A stretch of 64,000 bases of DNA, taken from positions 1,054,001 to 1,118,000 of the forward strand of contig JBBPEB010000009.1 in the NCBI GenBank assembly GCA_039096225.1, written 5' to 3'. Position 1 is the stretch's first letter, and the number at the start of each line of letters is the position of its first letter. Below, in pieces: positions 1 through 34,157 of this stretch. The notes beneath the pieces were generated by a model. It saw only the letters and a list, made by a program, of their open reading frames with translations, was not told where the DNA came from and searched no databases. The position numbers were made by a program, and so were the translations under genes. The DNA comes from Blastocystis sp. Blastoise (lineage: Eukaryota > Protista > Bigyra: Opalinata).

Positions 1-3283
<3,283 letters not shown>

Positions 3284-3607
3284 GAAAAATAAGGAATATC
3301 TAGATTTTTTAAAAATTTCAATAAATCTTTTTTATATATTGTTATGTAATTATGTTTATAATATATATTTTGTTACTCTTGTTAATGAAATAATCTATTA
3401 AAAGTGATTATTTTTTTAACTATTTTAAAGCCAAACCCATTAATAAATATAAACATATAATTAAAATAAACACTTTAAGATAATTTATATAAAAAAACAT
3501 ATACAATAAAAAATATAATAGTTCGTATAAAAAATGTTAAAAAGTTAATATATATTTATATATATATATTAAAGAAAATAGATATTTTTATATATAAATA
3601 ATTGTTC

Positions 3608-5098
3608 TTAAGCTCTTCCCCAGACTTCATAATCTTCTACTTTAAAATCATTTCTAGAATTAGCATTATTGGTATTCACAAATAATGAATGTTTTTGAGG
3701 AGTATTCACAGTAGTAAATGATTTTGAATTAGTCAATGCATTATTATTATTAGTATGGCAATTATCACCTATATATATATCACTGCCACCACCAAATACA
3801 GGGCCATAAGAAGAACGACAATATATACCTCTACCTATGCCATTATGTAGATATTGAGTAGGAGGAATACCATGTTCATTACTTAATGTAAAGAGAAATT
3901 CTTTAGAAGGAGATTTTTCACAGTTACTTGTTCTAGATTCCCAACTTTGATCTGTATATCCTCCAAATATATTAATATGATTATCATGACCTATATGTTT
4001 AATAAGAGTAACTGTTTCTCCTTTATTGTCACAATATTTATGGAATTCATGTGCAGAATAATTATGTTCACTTGCTTTAAATAATAATTCCCATTTCTTT
4101 GCTTTACCAAGCCAATTTACTAATGACTTTGTAAGTTCTTTATCAATAATAGTTGATTGTTTGAACCATCCTGGAATCATTGCTTCTTTCACAGCTTCTC
4201 TTCCTTGATCACCAAATAAGTCAATCATTTCGTTCTCAAATAATTCTTTATTAATATCAATAATCTTATCTTCTTCTATATCTATATATCCATTATTCAC
4301 ATATCCAGTAATATATTCAATATATTCGTATTTCTTATTCACATATAAACTATCATCAATATGATTAAAATCAATAAAACCATTATCATAATTCTTAATA
4401 TAATTATTCCATAATCCATTCTTTATTAAATATTCTTTAATAATATCATTCTTATTTCCATTTATAATCAAATCTATTTCATCTCCTTCTTCATATTTCT
4501 TTTTCTTTATATTTCTTCTTTCTCTGCAAGCAATCAATTCTAAAGGAATCACTAAGCCACAAAATTCAAATAATTCTAATATTTCTAATTGTTGTTCATA
4601 AGAAAATTGAGTAAAATTGACTTTCTTTCCATTCAAATAATCTAATAAAATATAAACATAACCATCATTGCCAGGATAATCAAGATATATAGATCCATCA
4701 TTTGCTCTATATTCTTCTTCACGTTGATCATCTATAAAAGAACCTTTCAACGAATCTAAAACTGATTTCGATATTTGAAATATAGGACCATTATTGGTAA
4801 ATCGTATTAAATCCATATCATTATCATCATTATCATCCATATTCACATTCATATCCTCATTATTCTTACTTTCATAAACACATTTCTTTTCAAATTCATC
4901 TCTTTCACCTTCCTTTTCAATACAATCATCTCCAATATGTTTTATAAGTCTATTAATCGACATTCCAGAATGTATACCAAGATTCATTACAGATCCAAAT
5001 ACATTAACTACATCTTTCATCAATTCTTCATATACATTGATATCCTCCTTCAATCTATTAAACTTATCAATATCAAATAACACCTTTTCTTTCACCAT
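3608..5098 (-). CDS. Intronless BTB/POZ(T1-like)-TLDc domain protein
   Basis: Uninterrupted ORF with first ATG at 5098. C-terminal TLDc motifs (WELLFKAS..F..FH..CD.KG.T, IFGGY, GPVFGGG.D, FKVEDYEVW). Central BTB-like segment (IFQISKSVL...SIYLD...ILLDYL...LFEFCGL). Confidence 0.85.
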   Translation of the reverse strand: MVKEKVLFDIDKFNRLKEDINVYEELMKDVVNVFGSVMNLGIHSGMSINRLIKHIGDDCIEKEGERDEFEKKCVYESKNNEDMNVNMDDNDDNDMDLIRFTNNGPIFQISKSVLDSLKGSFIDDQREEEYRANDGSIYLDYPGNDGYVYILLDYLNGKKVNFTQFSYEQQLEILELFEFCGLVIPLELIACRERRNIKKKKYEEGDEIDLIINGNKNDIIKEYLIKNGLWNNYIKNYDNGFIDFNHIDDSLYVNKKYEYIEYITGYVNNGYIDIEEDKIIDINKELFENEMIDLFGDQGREAVKEAMIPGWFKQSTIIDKELTKSLVNWLGKAKKWELLFKASEHNYSAHEFHKYCDNKGETVTLIKHIGHDNHINIFGGYTDQSWESRTSNCEKSPSKEFLFTLSNEHGIPPTQYLHNGIGRGIYCRSSYGPVFGGGSDIYIGDNCHTNNNNALTNSKSFTTVNTPQKHSLFVNTNNANSRNDFKVEDYEVWGRA

Positions 5099-5262
5099 TC
5101 TCACTTAATACATAAAAAACTATTACAAAGTCATTTTTCAATTGCTTAGTTTTTAAAAAAAAATCAGCATATTGACACAGTTTTCTTATTTAAAAAGTTG
5201 TAGTTTTTTCTATCATTTTTATAAATTTATATTTTTTATTTGTTTTTTATTTTTATAAATAT

Positions 5263-9262
<4,000 letters not shown>

Positions 9263-10473
9263 TATTTTCTTATATATAAAATACATATGTTATCTCCTTA
9301 ATATGTACTATAGAATTATTATATACTTATTATATTAATATATATATTTAAACAATTATATATATAAATGTAATTTTCGTATATATATAATACATATATA
9401 TTTTTATTCATTATTTTTATAAAGTATTATTATTAGTATATATATATATTCATTGAATGATCCATGATTTAATAATTAAATACTAATACATATATTCATT
9501 TTTAACTCTTTTTTTATAAATATTTATTATCAACAAATTATTTAGTTATAAAGCATATCGTTTTTCTTTGTATTCTCATTTTATTCTATAAAATATATAT
9601 CAGAATATAAAATTATACATATTTTTATTATGTAAATATTTCTTTATTATATTTTATTATTTTATTAAATACTATACTATTTAAATAACCATACATATAT
9701 ATATATAAATGGTTTCAGATATTAAAGTATTTTTCATTCTTAGAAACAAAGAAATTATAATAACTCTGTTATTATTTAAACAGTATTTCTAATTGAATAA
9801 AATTACTTTTTGAAATTTATTTGTTCTTTATTTTAGATACACATTTATATGCATATGCATAGCTAATCATGAAAATCTAGCTGAAAAACTGTAGTTCCTT
9901 ATTAACATACATATAATTTGAGTTTAAAAAAATAATAATAAAAAATTAATAATGATAAAGATACAAAAAACAAAAAGCATTTGAATTAAATTGAATATAA
10001 ATATATAGTATCTATATATAACAAAGTATTTGATTATTGTTAAATAAAAGAATGTAGTTCTATATATATCAACACATTGATATGTCATCCAAAAATCAAA
10101 TATATATGTATATATTTCATTAAATAGAATAGTAGTATATAAAATGCATCAAACAAAACAATATAAATATATGAATCAATTTATTTAGAGAGACATAAAA
10201 GAATATATGTAAACAAATCTATTTAAATATATAAAGCGAAAGACCACAACAAATTCTTTGCTAATTATATATATATGTAATAAATAATTGATGTATCAAT
10301 ATAAAACATAAATGTCTATAAATGTGAAAAGCTAGAAAAAAAAGAATAAATCTAAAATAAATTGTAACAAAAAAAATAATGCCAAAAAAAGGTAATTAAA
10401 AAATTGACAAAAAAAATGAAGAAAAAATGAAAATCGTGTTAAGGTTTTTATTATTATAATATATATATATAAT

Positions 10474-21543
<11,070 letters not shown>

Positions 21544-22287
21544 TTTTGTTAATCACAAGATTTTCTGAGAGTTCAAAAATCAAATCTATAAGAAAAAATA
21601 AGTAGGTAAAGTCAGAAATTCTTTAAAGAATAGAAAGGAAAAGAACTAAAAATATTATTTACTTCGATTTAGAGATCTTTAAAAACCGTATAACTTTCAA
21701 TTAATTTAATAAATGTAATTAATAAAAATTATTCTCTAGAGATAATTACAAGAAACAAAATGACAAAGTATACAATTAGGAGGGCACAACTTCCAAAAAT
21801 AAAAATTATGCCTTTTGATTAGCCGCTAAATGTATTGAAAAAACACTTGGTTATTTTCTTCTTTAGGATTTTCATGATTATCTATTACGAAGAAAGCCAA
21901 ATAATATATTTTTTCATTATTATTTTGCTTTATAAAAAATATCTTAATAAACGAAAATCATGATTATGTTTAAAAAGAGCTCGCTATTCCCGCTATTGAT
22001 TTATGATTTTATAATTCTGGAAATAATCACGATAATCGTAAATATATATTAAAGTGGGAAATAAAAGCGGGTTTTTATATTTTGGTACCATTTCAATTTT
22101 ATTTCCCTCCTAAAAATAGTGCATCATTTTCTACAGAACTTTGTATTTTAAGAATAAATCAGTATTCTTTAAGACTATTCAATGAACAGCATCGTTAAAG
22201 TCTTATTTAGTCATCAATATATTCAAAAATAGCAATGTAGAAACTATACAAAAGAAAGAATACAAAGAAATGAAAATGAATGGATTT

Positions 22288-22999
22288 TTATTCTGAATCG
22301 TCACCAAATGACAATAAATTTTTATTTTGAATCAAATTCTTTTTTTGTTGTGATTTGGACGTTGCTTTCTTCTGTTGCTTTTTATGAATACCAACGGTAA
22401 CAAGATTCTTATCATGTAATTCTTTCTTTTTAATCTCATTCTCCTGTTGATCTATATTAAATAATATAAAAAGATTGAATATAAATGAAACTTTTGAATA
22501 AAAAGCTAATGAATTCTATAATATGTTTAAATAAAAGCAAAAATATATATATTCAGATAATAAAATAACAAGGAAACCTACTTAATTGTGTAAAATCTTC
22601 TTTCTTCCATTCTTGTCCCTGTTTTTGTATTCTTGATTCATCATACACAGATCCTTTCATATCTTTTGATAACTGATTGACCATTTCATGAACTTTATTA
22701 TTATTCTTCGCTTTTGGAATTAACGGTTTTCTTTCTTTTTCTGCATCAATATCTAAATCTTTTTTAGAATCATTCTCATCTTCGGTTGCATAAAAAGGAT
22801 CTGCATACTCTTTAGAAATAGTATTTCCATTCTCATCAAGAATGACAGGTTCTTCTTCAATTTCTTCATGTTTTGATGTTACTGGTCCTTTACATAATCT
22901 AGATTCACCAAGTAGATTTTGATATTGCTGAAGAAATTTTGGAACAGGACAATTGAATGAAAGTTCTCCAACTCGATTTGAATTATTTTTCTTAGGCAT
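22288..22999 (-). CDS. DUF4604 / KIAA1143-like protein, 2 exons
   Basis: N-terminal LSF..P.PKFLQQY motif and C-terminal NKNLLSFGDDSE*. One phase-1 intron. Confidence 0.65.
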
Positions 23000-23141
23000 T
23001 TTATGAATATCTTAAAAATGAATTTAAAAATAATAAAAAAATAAAGTATGATAAATAAAAACAATAAAAATAAAAATAAAAAAATTTTTTGTTTTTTTTT
23101 GAATAATATGTTTTTCGTGAATTATTTTCTAACAATCAATA

Positions 23142-23436
23142 ATGGAAACATTTAAATATATAAAAGCTACTTCTAAGGATCAAACAATGTATGTGGTGTG
23201 TAATATAGGTGACACTATGATGAGCATCAAACAAGAATTAGCAAGGATTAATGCAATTCAACCCTCACAAATAGAATTATCACAAACATCAGATGTATAT
23301 TCGAAGTCAATTAATTCTATACGTTCTTTATGTATTCATTTTTTTATAGGAAGGTGAAAATGTCATATGCGAAGATAAAACAGAGTTAACAAAGGATGAT
23401 CTATATCAAACATTTAATTATAAGATCATCAATTAA
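23142..23436 (+). CDS. Small ubiquitin-like fold protein (Elongin B-like), 2 exons
   Basis: About 79 aa spliced. The pattern TMYVVC..GDTM..IK.ELA......P.QIEL...EDKTEL resembles a beta-grasp fold. Confidence 0.5.
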
Positions 23437-23807
23437 AATATAAATTCTATTTAATGAAGATTCATCATTTTTTTCTCATTTTATAAATATAGTTTTATTT
23501 GCATTTAATTATTATCAGTTATATTTTTAAAACTACTTTTACTCTTTTTAGGTTATTTTTTTATATTTAATTTATCATGAATTATTAAAGTATCAATATA
23601 AGTTGATGAATTATTATTTAATAAATGACTAGAATACTATTATATATATTATTTTCTATGCTCACTTTAAACAATTGATGAGTTTAGTTTTTCGTTATTT
23701 TCAATATTCAATAAACTTATAGGATGTTATTGCATATAAACAAACAACTAACAATAGAAACGATATTTAAAAATTAATGTAAAACGAATACTGTTTCCTT
23801 TTTAAAA

Positions 23808-24446
23808 TTATTCCATTTTTTTTCTTTTTGTATTTAGCCATGAATCTAGAATATCCATTTTACTTTTTGTTTTTGAATCATTATTTATATATTTATGTTC
23901 ATTTGAATTGACTTTCTTTATTTGTTCTTTATTTCTTTTAGATACATTACTAGATAAATTTTCTTTCTTTTTCTGTTCTATCAATTGAGAGAGTTTAGTT
24001 TTTATTTGTTGGAATATTGAGTTATTCTTTAAATAGGAATAACAAATAGAATATATAGTTTCTGTATTATTTTGTTTTAGTTCTTCATTTGATATATACT
24101 TGACTATATCTCCTATTTGATAAGATATAACAAGTAATAGAAATTTAGACATAGCATAAGAAATAGGAATAGAAAATAAAGTTGATATTTTGTGAACTGC
24201 TTCTCGATTATTAATTATACTAAAATAATAATATTTAATATATATATAATATTCTATAATTTAGAGAGAATTATATAGAATAGAATATAATAATAATAAT
24301 CATAGTATATAATTTAGAGAGAATTATATGGAATAGAATATATTATATAATAATCATATTATATATATATAGAATACTTAGAGAGATGTATATAGTCCGT
24401 TAACGAAGATGAATCAGCAAATAATTGACATTGAGAGAGTCGATCC

Positions 24447-24488
<42 letters not shown>

Positions 24489-24581
24489 AATAAATAAATA
24501 TTTACATGAATAATAGATAATAATTCTGGTTTTAATGTCGATTTCATATCATTCTTTTCATTTGTTATATCTATTATAATT

Positions 24582-24613
<32 letters not shown>

Positions 24614-24740
24614 ACTTGTTTCATCAGTAATTGTATCATTATTTGTAAAAATCACACTTTCTATAATTGAATCATCATCTTCATCTTCATTATTATTATT
24701 ATCATCATCATCTTCATTATTATTATTATCATCTTTATCT

Positions 24741-24774
<34 letters not shown>

Positions 24775-25601
24775 CATCATCTTCATCTTCATTATTATTA
24801 CTATTACTATTATAACCACATTCTCTATCACCAGTTACAATAGGCAAAGATTTATCTTCTATATAAATCAATAAGTGAAATCAATATACTATAATTCATA
24901 CCTGTCTCATTCTTATAATGAATTTCAGCTGGTAATGGTATATTCTTAATATTTGAATAATTTATCGAAGAATCTAATTATAATTTATAGAATATTCTAA
25001 AATTAATATATATATACTATTTTCATTTTCTACTTGAGATTCTTTAGCCATTATCTGATGTCTTTTAAATATTATATAATATTCTGGGAAAACATGTTTT
25101 AAAAACTATTTTTAAAAAATAGAGAATTCAGTGTTTAAAATATACAAACAATTGATTGGTAGTATTTGACTCTTTTGAATATTCAAGGATTTCATTAAAG
25201 AATTCTGTATACATTTGAATAAGATATTTCGAAATAAGGACACTTATTTCAGGTAATGAATCGTGATTAAAATGATAATACTCCATATTATTCTTTACAA
25301 ATTCATTAAACCATTCAGGCATATATATATTATTCTAGTATATATAAGTATATACATAAATAAATAAATAAAAACAAATACGATTCCTAATTCTTTTTCG
25401 ATAATGTCTGATTTGCTATTTAATAATAATAAAATATCATCCTTCTCATGATCACTCAAATCAACCCATAATGGACTCTAAATAAAAAATAATATTGATA
25501 ATTTTAATACTTACTTCCAGAATAGATTCATTCTTCTCTAATATCACACGAAGTTCTTTAAGAACTAATTCATATTTATCACTTATCTTCTGACTATTCA
25601 T
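23808..25601 (-). CDS. Hypothetical protein, 9 exons, basic C-terminus
   Basis: Open spliced frame through 8 GT-AG introns; no family recognised. Confidence 0.65.
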
Positions 25602-25687
25602 AATAAAGTACTCTTTTTTTTTAATGTGATTAAAAACATGGGAATTTCCTTTACACTTTTTTCTTCTCATTAGTTGTTATTAAAAGA

Positions 25688-27236
<1,549 letters not shown>

Positions 27237-27646
27237 ATTATATTTATCATTTACATATTTTTAACTCTATCAATTATTATTACAAATTAAAATTCATATA
27301 CTTTTGTTTTTTTTCCATTATTATATGTTTTCATATTATTTATTTGAAATTCTTAAAAAATAGATATATTTTATATGTATAACATGGTTTATTCTTATTT
27401 TAAATCCAAATATATTTTAATATAAAAAAAAGGTTATCATTTCCAAAGATATATAGATATTATTACACTAATAAACTATAACCATATATAATGATGATAT
27501 CATAACTTGAGAAAAAATAAAACCCTAAAAAAAATATAATTCATTAAACAACTAACTAATAACATATAGGGAACTTATCATTATTTATATTCTATTCGAT
27601 TAAACATATAAATATGCATTATATATATATATATTTCTTCTTCTAC

Positions 27647-28557
27647 TTAATGAACTCTTCCTGGAATATATTCTCTACACCAACAAATATGTCCATCTTT
27701 TCCAAGTAAAGTATTATATGTGATTCGAGCTGGATTCTTTATATCTTCACATATTTTATTCATAGTATACATATTCACTTCTTGAACATCTAACCCTATA
27801 TGATATCCTAAAGAAAGATAAAAAGGCAATGCACGCTTTAAACTCCATAAATGTAAATGCTATATATATATATATAGAAATTATTAAATATAGTATAATA
27901 TATAGAATATACACTATTCGTTATTAATGAAATAAAGAATAAATAATATATTTATATTTCCTTAATAAATAATTAAATATTATTATTATATATATATACA
28001 CAATTATAGGGAATAATACCATTTATATGATATTTCTGATTATGATACTCTTCTAAACGTCTCATAATTAATTTTCCTAATCCTTTACCCTTTATATATA
28101 TATAATTTATTAGTAGCATTATAAATAATAAATATATATATATATATTATTAGCATATATATTCATAATTAATAAAAATAATAATAAATATATATATATA
28201 TATATATACATGATAATCTTGACGAATATAAATTCGACTCATATAATTTTTATCGATTAAACATCCAGTTCCTACCAATCTAAAGAATATATGAATTGTA
28301 TTGAAATCAAAATTTAGTAACACATATATATATGCATAAATAACATACTCGCTATTCTCATTAAATGCAACAATATGATATGCTTCTTCTTCATCAATAT
28401 TTCTTTTGATTTCTTCAACGGAATGCAGTTTTGTTAATATATGCTGCCATTTTTCATCAGGATAATCATCAATCAAATATTCACGAACTACTTTTTGACA
28501 TAAATTCTGAATATCCTCATAATCATTCTCTGTAGCTTCACGAATCAAATAAGACAT
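27647..28557 (-). CDS. GNAT-family N-acetyltransferase, 4 exons
   Basis: IREAT..D, LVGTG, RIYI..DYHGKGLGK (motif A), ALPFYLSLGY (motif B). Confidence 0.85.
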
Positions 28558-28613
28558 TCCAAGTCAATAAAGAATAAATAAAGAGTTTTTGCAAAAAAAA
28601 TATTAAAAAGAAG

Positions 28614-28686
28614 CGCCCACCGGGGGGCTCGAACCCCCGACCACCAGGTTAAGAGCCTGGCGCTCTACCGACTGAGCTAGACGGGC
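28614..28686 (-). tRNA. tRNA-Lys (anticodon CTT), intronless, 73 nt
   Basis: GCCCGTCTAGCTCAGTCGGTAGAGCGCCAGGCTCTTAACCTGGTGGTCGGGGGTTCGAGCCCCCCGGTGGGCG. Canonical cloverleaf, A/B boxes and downstream T-tract. Confidence 0.97.
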
Positions 28687-29134
28687 TTTATGGTAATTTT
28701 TCTGAAGTCACCTAGTTAAATTACAATAATAAAAAGTAGATAAGAAAACTTAGAGATATAAAAATATGTTTATTTTTTTAATATTAATAATAAAAGTGTA
28801 TGAAAATAGTTTTGTAAAGTACACAAATATAACTTATTTGAAGCAACAAATGGACACTGAATGATTATATAAACTTAAATAAAGTGACAACAGAAAAGTC
28901 TTTATAATGAAATATATATATATATAATAAAATATTTTAAATACATGAGCGCCGATTCAAAAGATTAAGAAATATATATTTAAAATGGTATTAAAAAAAT
29001 GATATTTACAGTTTAGAAAAAATAAATCAAAGAAAAAATATATATATAACTACATAATTAGTAAAATCTAGTAAAATAATAATATTTTGGAATTGAATAT
29101 ATTATATATATATTTGAATATATATGAATATATA

Positions 29135-29839
29135 TTATAATTCCTTTTTTGATTCTAGATCTGGATAATATTCTTTAAATTGTTCTAATTCCATTGGTAA
29201 TCTTTCTTCTTCTTCTTGTTTTCCTTGAATACGATCTTCTTGAGTAAATAATTGAAATGAAGATAATAAGGGAAGATGATCCGAAGGAGAAGAAGATGAA
29301 GAAGAAGGATAACATAATGATTTATATAAAGTAGATAAAGAAGGTAATGGAGAATTATATAATAAACGAAGACTATATATAAATATAAAAGGATATAGAA
29401 TATAATATAATTTAAAAAAAAAATAAAATGATATATATATATATATAGAACAATAAAATGTAATTTTTATAAATGTTTTAAAATAAATAATAATAATAAT
29501 AATAGATTTAATTATAATATATTATATATAGATATACTTTTGATGTGTATACCATATATAATCTAATGTTCCTACAAAATGATGTGTATAATTCGTACAA
29601 GGTGGTTCATAACCGTGGAAATAATCCTCATATGCACTTTGATATTGTATATAAGGATTACTATATATATAGTAGTATAAAATGCTTAAAAAATATATAG
29701 TTAAATTGCAATATATTTATATTTATTATACATATAATATAATTTATATACTCGTTTCTCCAGTATTTATATACATGAGAATAAGGTAATGAATTAGAAT
29801 CCATTGTTGTTATTACTGGTATATCCTCTGGATTCATTA

Positions 29840-29915
<76 letters not shown>

Positions 29916-30718
29916 TAATGTATTTTGAGATAGTATAGAGGAATCTGAAAAAGACTGAATAATGTTGAAAATACTTCTATTAAACATCAAAGATTGTTGA
30001 TATTTAACATCTTCATTTTCTGGATTCCAAAATAAATGAGTTGTATTAATTAATAGTGGATGATCTATATAGTATTATATACATATTATTATATATATTA
30101 TTATTATATATTATTATATATATATATAGATTATTAAATATATTATTATTATATAGAACAATAAATATATTCAGTATATAATCTTACCATTATACATAAA
30201 AATCGCGATTATTCCAACATTTTGTCGAAGGAAATATCTTTGCGGATCATTCCAGTAGGTATGTTTATTCTTATAAGTAACTTCTTCTTCTTCATCATCT
30301 TCATCATCTTCATTAGTATTATTATCAGTTTTATTATTATATGAGATATTATTATCAGTATTATTATCTGAGATATTATTATCAGTATTATTATTATTAT
30401 TATTAATAGACGTAGGTATATCTACATAAAAATCATTTGAATCTAAACAACCTCCTATAATATATATATATATATTTATAATGTTAAAAGAATATATATA
30501 CTAATATTATAAAGTTTATTCAATTGATCTTTTCTAGATTGTTCTAAATCAATATTTTTATATACATATCCTTCTGAAAATTGCTGAATATCATCGAAAT
30601 ATACAGGATAATAAGACTGAAATGTAATATTCAGAGAAGAAAGAGACGCTATATGATAAAATAGTGCACAACCGTCCATCTTGGTCTTTGTACGCTTCAC
30701 CTATATATATATATATTA

Positions 30719-30817
<99 letters not shown>

Positions 30818-31042
30818 TAATATTACATTTTTATTACATTATTTTCTTTATATATATACATAAATGGCTTTATATCCAAGTCTTTGTAAATAAGGAAGCA
30901 TACTATTATAGAAACAATCACATTCTTGCATAGTAATAAATGTAGGCATATGTTCTTGTATATAAGACACAATTAGTTTCTCCCGATTTTCCCATTTAAT
31001 ATCCATATGTGAACAATCAGGAAAATGACTTCTTGTACAATA

Positions 31043-31076
<34 letters not shown>

Positions 31077-33493
31077 TATTATTATATATTGAAGAACATT
31101 GAATCATGAATATATATATATATATATATATACTTTCTAGCTAGAGTATTATAAGTAAGAATTGATATTTTTGGTTTAATATTGATATTACTCTTATTAT
31201 TCTTATTATTAATAGTATATACCGATGTTAGTGAATCATGAAGAAGAGGAGATAAAGATAATGTTGAAGATTTCTATATATATATATATATAGTTAAAAA
31301 ATGTATTAAATTTACATTCAAATATATATATATATATACATTGAATATTTGTTTAAAATGATTTACTAATAATTCTAATGGTTCTTTTGTTCCAATAAAT
31401 AAATAAGTATAAGATGGAAGCTCTCTTAAAATCTATATATATATATATATATATAAGAAATAATAGTTATACAAAAAATTAAATATAAATCTTTAATAAA
31501 TAAATACTATATATATTAAATATATAATAACAATAAAATATATGAAATAGAAAGTAACAATAATAACTATATATATACCATATTAAATATTAATTCCCAT
31601 TCATTTAATTTTTGTATAAGTATATTTTGTTGTTTAATATTTTGTATAGCTACTGTGATATTTAATAAGCTATATCCATTATCTAATTGAATATATTTTG
31701 TTAATGAATTTATAAGTGTTTTTAAGTATATAGGGATAGATTTCGGAAATGTATAAAAATAAGGTATAAGAAAAGATAAAGTAGAAGAAGCATTAGTAGT
31801 AGTAGTTGAGTTAATAGAAGAAGTTGAAGAGAAAGAAGATGATGAAGAAGAAGCATTTATTAATGATAAATATGTATATAAACATTGATAATCATTTATA
31901 AATGTCTATATAAAAATTAATATAATAATAAACATAATAATTAAAAAAATATCATAAATAAATAATAAATATAATAACAAATATAATAAATAAATATAAT
32001 AAATATAATAATTAAAAAATATAATAAATATAATAAATAAATATAATAAATATCACAAATATCATAAATATAATAATAAGCAAGCATATATATACATCAC
32101 AAAAAGCGTCTCTTTCAGTTCGTATACCTATTCCGTCTTCTTGATATATATATAGAAAATGATGAGTGACTGAATACTCAAATCCTATTTTATGTACTAA
32201 TATATATATATATTTCTTCCATTTTAATTCTAAATGATCAATATGAATTGTTTTTTGAAATAAATGTATATTTTTATTCATATCATTTATATTATTATTA
32301 TAAATATTATAAGCATTTAAAGGTATAGAAATAAGAAAAGGATTCTTAATATTATATTCTTTAGAATCAATACGTTCCACAATATATTGTTCTACATCTT
32401 GTATATCATAAGTAGTATATATTTTATAATCATTTATATATTGAGCATCTTTTATATAATTATAATCTTTTGTTAAAATAATAGATAAACTATGATCTAG
32501 TTGTTTTAAATATGTATATATATCTATTTGATTTATCGAATATAATGGACTTTCATTTTGTATATATAATTTACTTTGCTTATAAGGTGGTATACTATAA
32601 CATATATTACCTTGTTGAATACACTTATTATAGATCTATAGAGATAGATAATATAGTTTTAAAAATAATAATGTATATACATATATATTGATATTTATTG
32701 TATATATTATATATTATATTATATATATTATATATTATATTATATTATATATTATATAACATTTATTAATAAATATTATATTAAATAATAACAAAAAAAA
32801 AACTAATAATACTAAAACATACCCCTCTTGGTGTTTTTCCTAAGAATTTGACATGATCAACAAATAAAGAATTACCAAAGGAATTTAATTCTCGTTGAAT
32901 TAAGAGACATTGCTGATAAGAAGAGAGTAATTCTAAATCTTTATGATTACAGAATTCATTAGGAATATCTAAAATATATCCACGAATACTCTCTGTCAAA
33001 TATTGATTAACCGCCATTTCTGCACCAGTCAATACAGCTAAGGGTCCAACGATCATCCATTGATCTGAATAAGTCTTACTCTTCGTTATATAACAAATCT
33101 TACAAAATGGACCTAATAAAAAAGAATACTCCTATACATTATATGTATTTATATTAAAAAAATCATAAATATAATAAAAACATATACTTGATTCATTCTA
33201 TCATTAACCCAATTAGTTAACCATTCTGCGATATTAATCTCCCTTGTAGATATAGAAGATAACAGATCAGACAGTGGTAAATAACGTTCTTTACAAACAT
33301 TATTATCAACTCCAATAAATTTCCTTTTAATGTAGATTCCGTTGTCGTTATATATAGCACAACCAGGGAATAACCATCGACAATGTTCAACATAATCTCT
33401 TTGAAGATCATTTATATCAAAGCGTTCATCAAGAGTATGAAGTTTCCATTGGTCTTCATAATCTATTACTTTAGGATGAGGTGTTTCTTCCAT
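29135..33493 (-). CDS. CCR4/Nocturnin/Angel-type EEP nuclease/phosphatase with long unassigned N-terminus
   Basis: ILTYNTLA, TMQECD, DGCALFY, NTTHLFW, MDSNSLP, TNYT..F.GTLDYIWY and PSDHLPL motifs; open spliced frame. Confidence 0.85.
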
Positions 33494-33784
33494 TATTTAG
33501 ATTGTAAAAAAAAATTTCCAAAACTTGAGAAAAATTCTGTTTTCTATTAATGTGTTTCATCTCTTCATGTATTTTTTAGATTCATTGAAACTGAATTATT
33601 TAAAAAACACATAAATAATGTCAATAAGCATGAAGTAATTAATATTTTGTTCTTAAATATTTCTCAAATAAAAAACACAACAAACAAAACAAAAAAAAAA
33701 GTAATGATTATATTACATTAAAGATAAAATATAGTTAGAAAAATAATGAAAAGGAATATTTATTATGCATTATCTTAAGAATCC

Positions 33785-34126
33785 TTAGAATTGAGTCATT
33801 TGACCTAATTCATTGAATTTGGTTTCAAGATTTTCAAAAGCATCAGGATCGACATTAATCTTACGAAGCTTAAGATAGACAGAAATGCTATAGAAAGAAA
33901 TGATTGATAGTTATTTGGAAAGTTATAAAAATATATAATAAATAATAAATCTATCTACATACACAGTAATGATAACAATAAGGGATAATAAAATGGTAAT
34001 AAGAATAGCCCAAGTATTGATATCCATTAAATCTATATATAATAGTATTTATTAATAGTATGAATAAAATAAGATTAAGAAGATAATAATAATAATAAAA
34101 TAATATCTCAGATAATAATAATAAAC

Positions 34127-34157
<31 letters not shown>

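Noticed and set aside
28614-28686. Tandem G-U pairs in the tRNA acceptor stem as an editing signal
   Set aside because: The same stem occurs in ordinary eukaryotic tRNA-Lys(CTT) genes.
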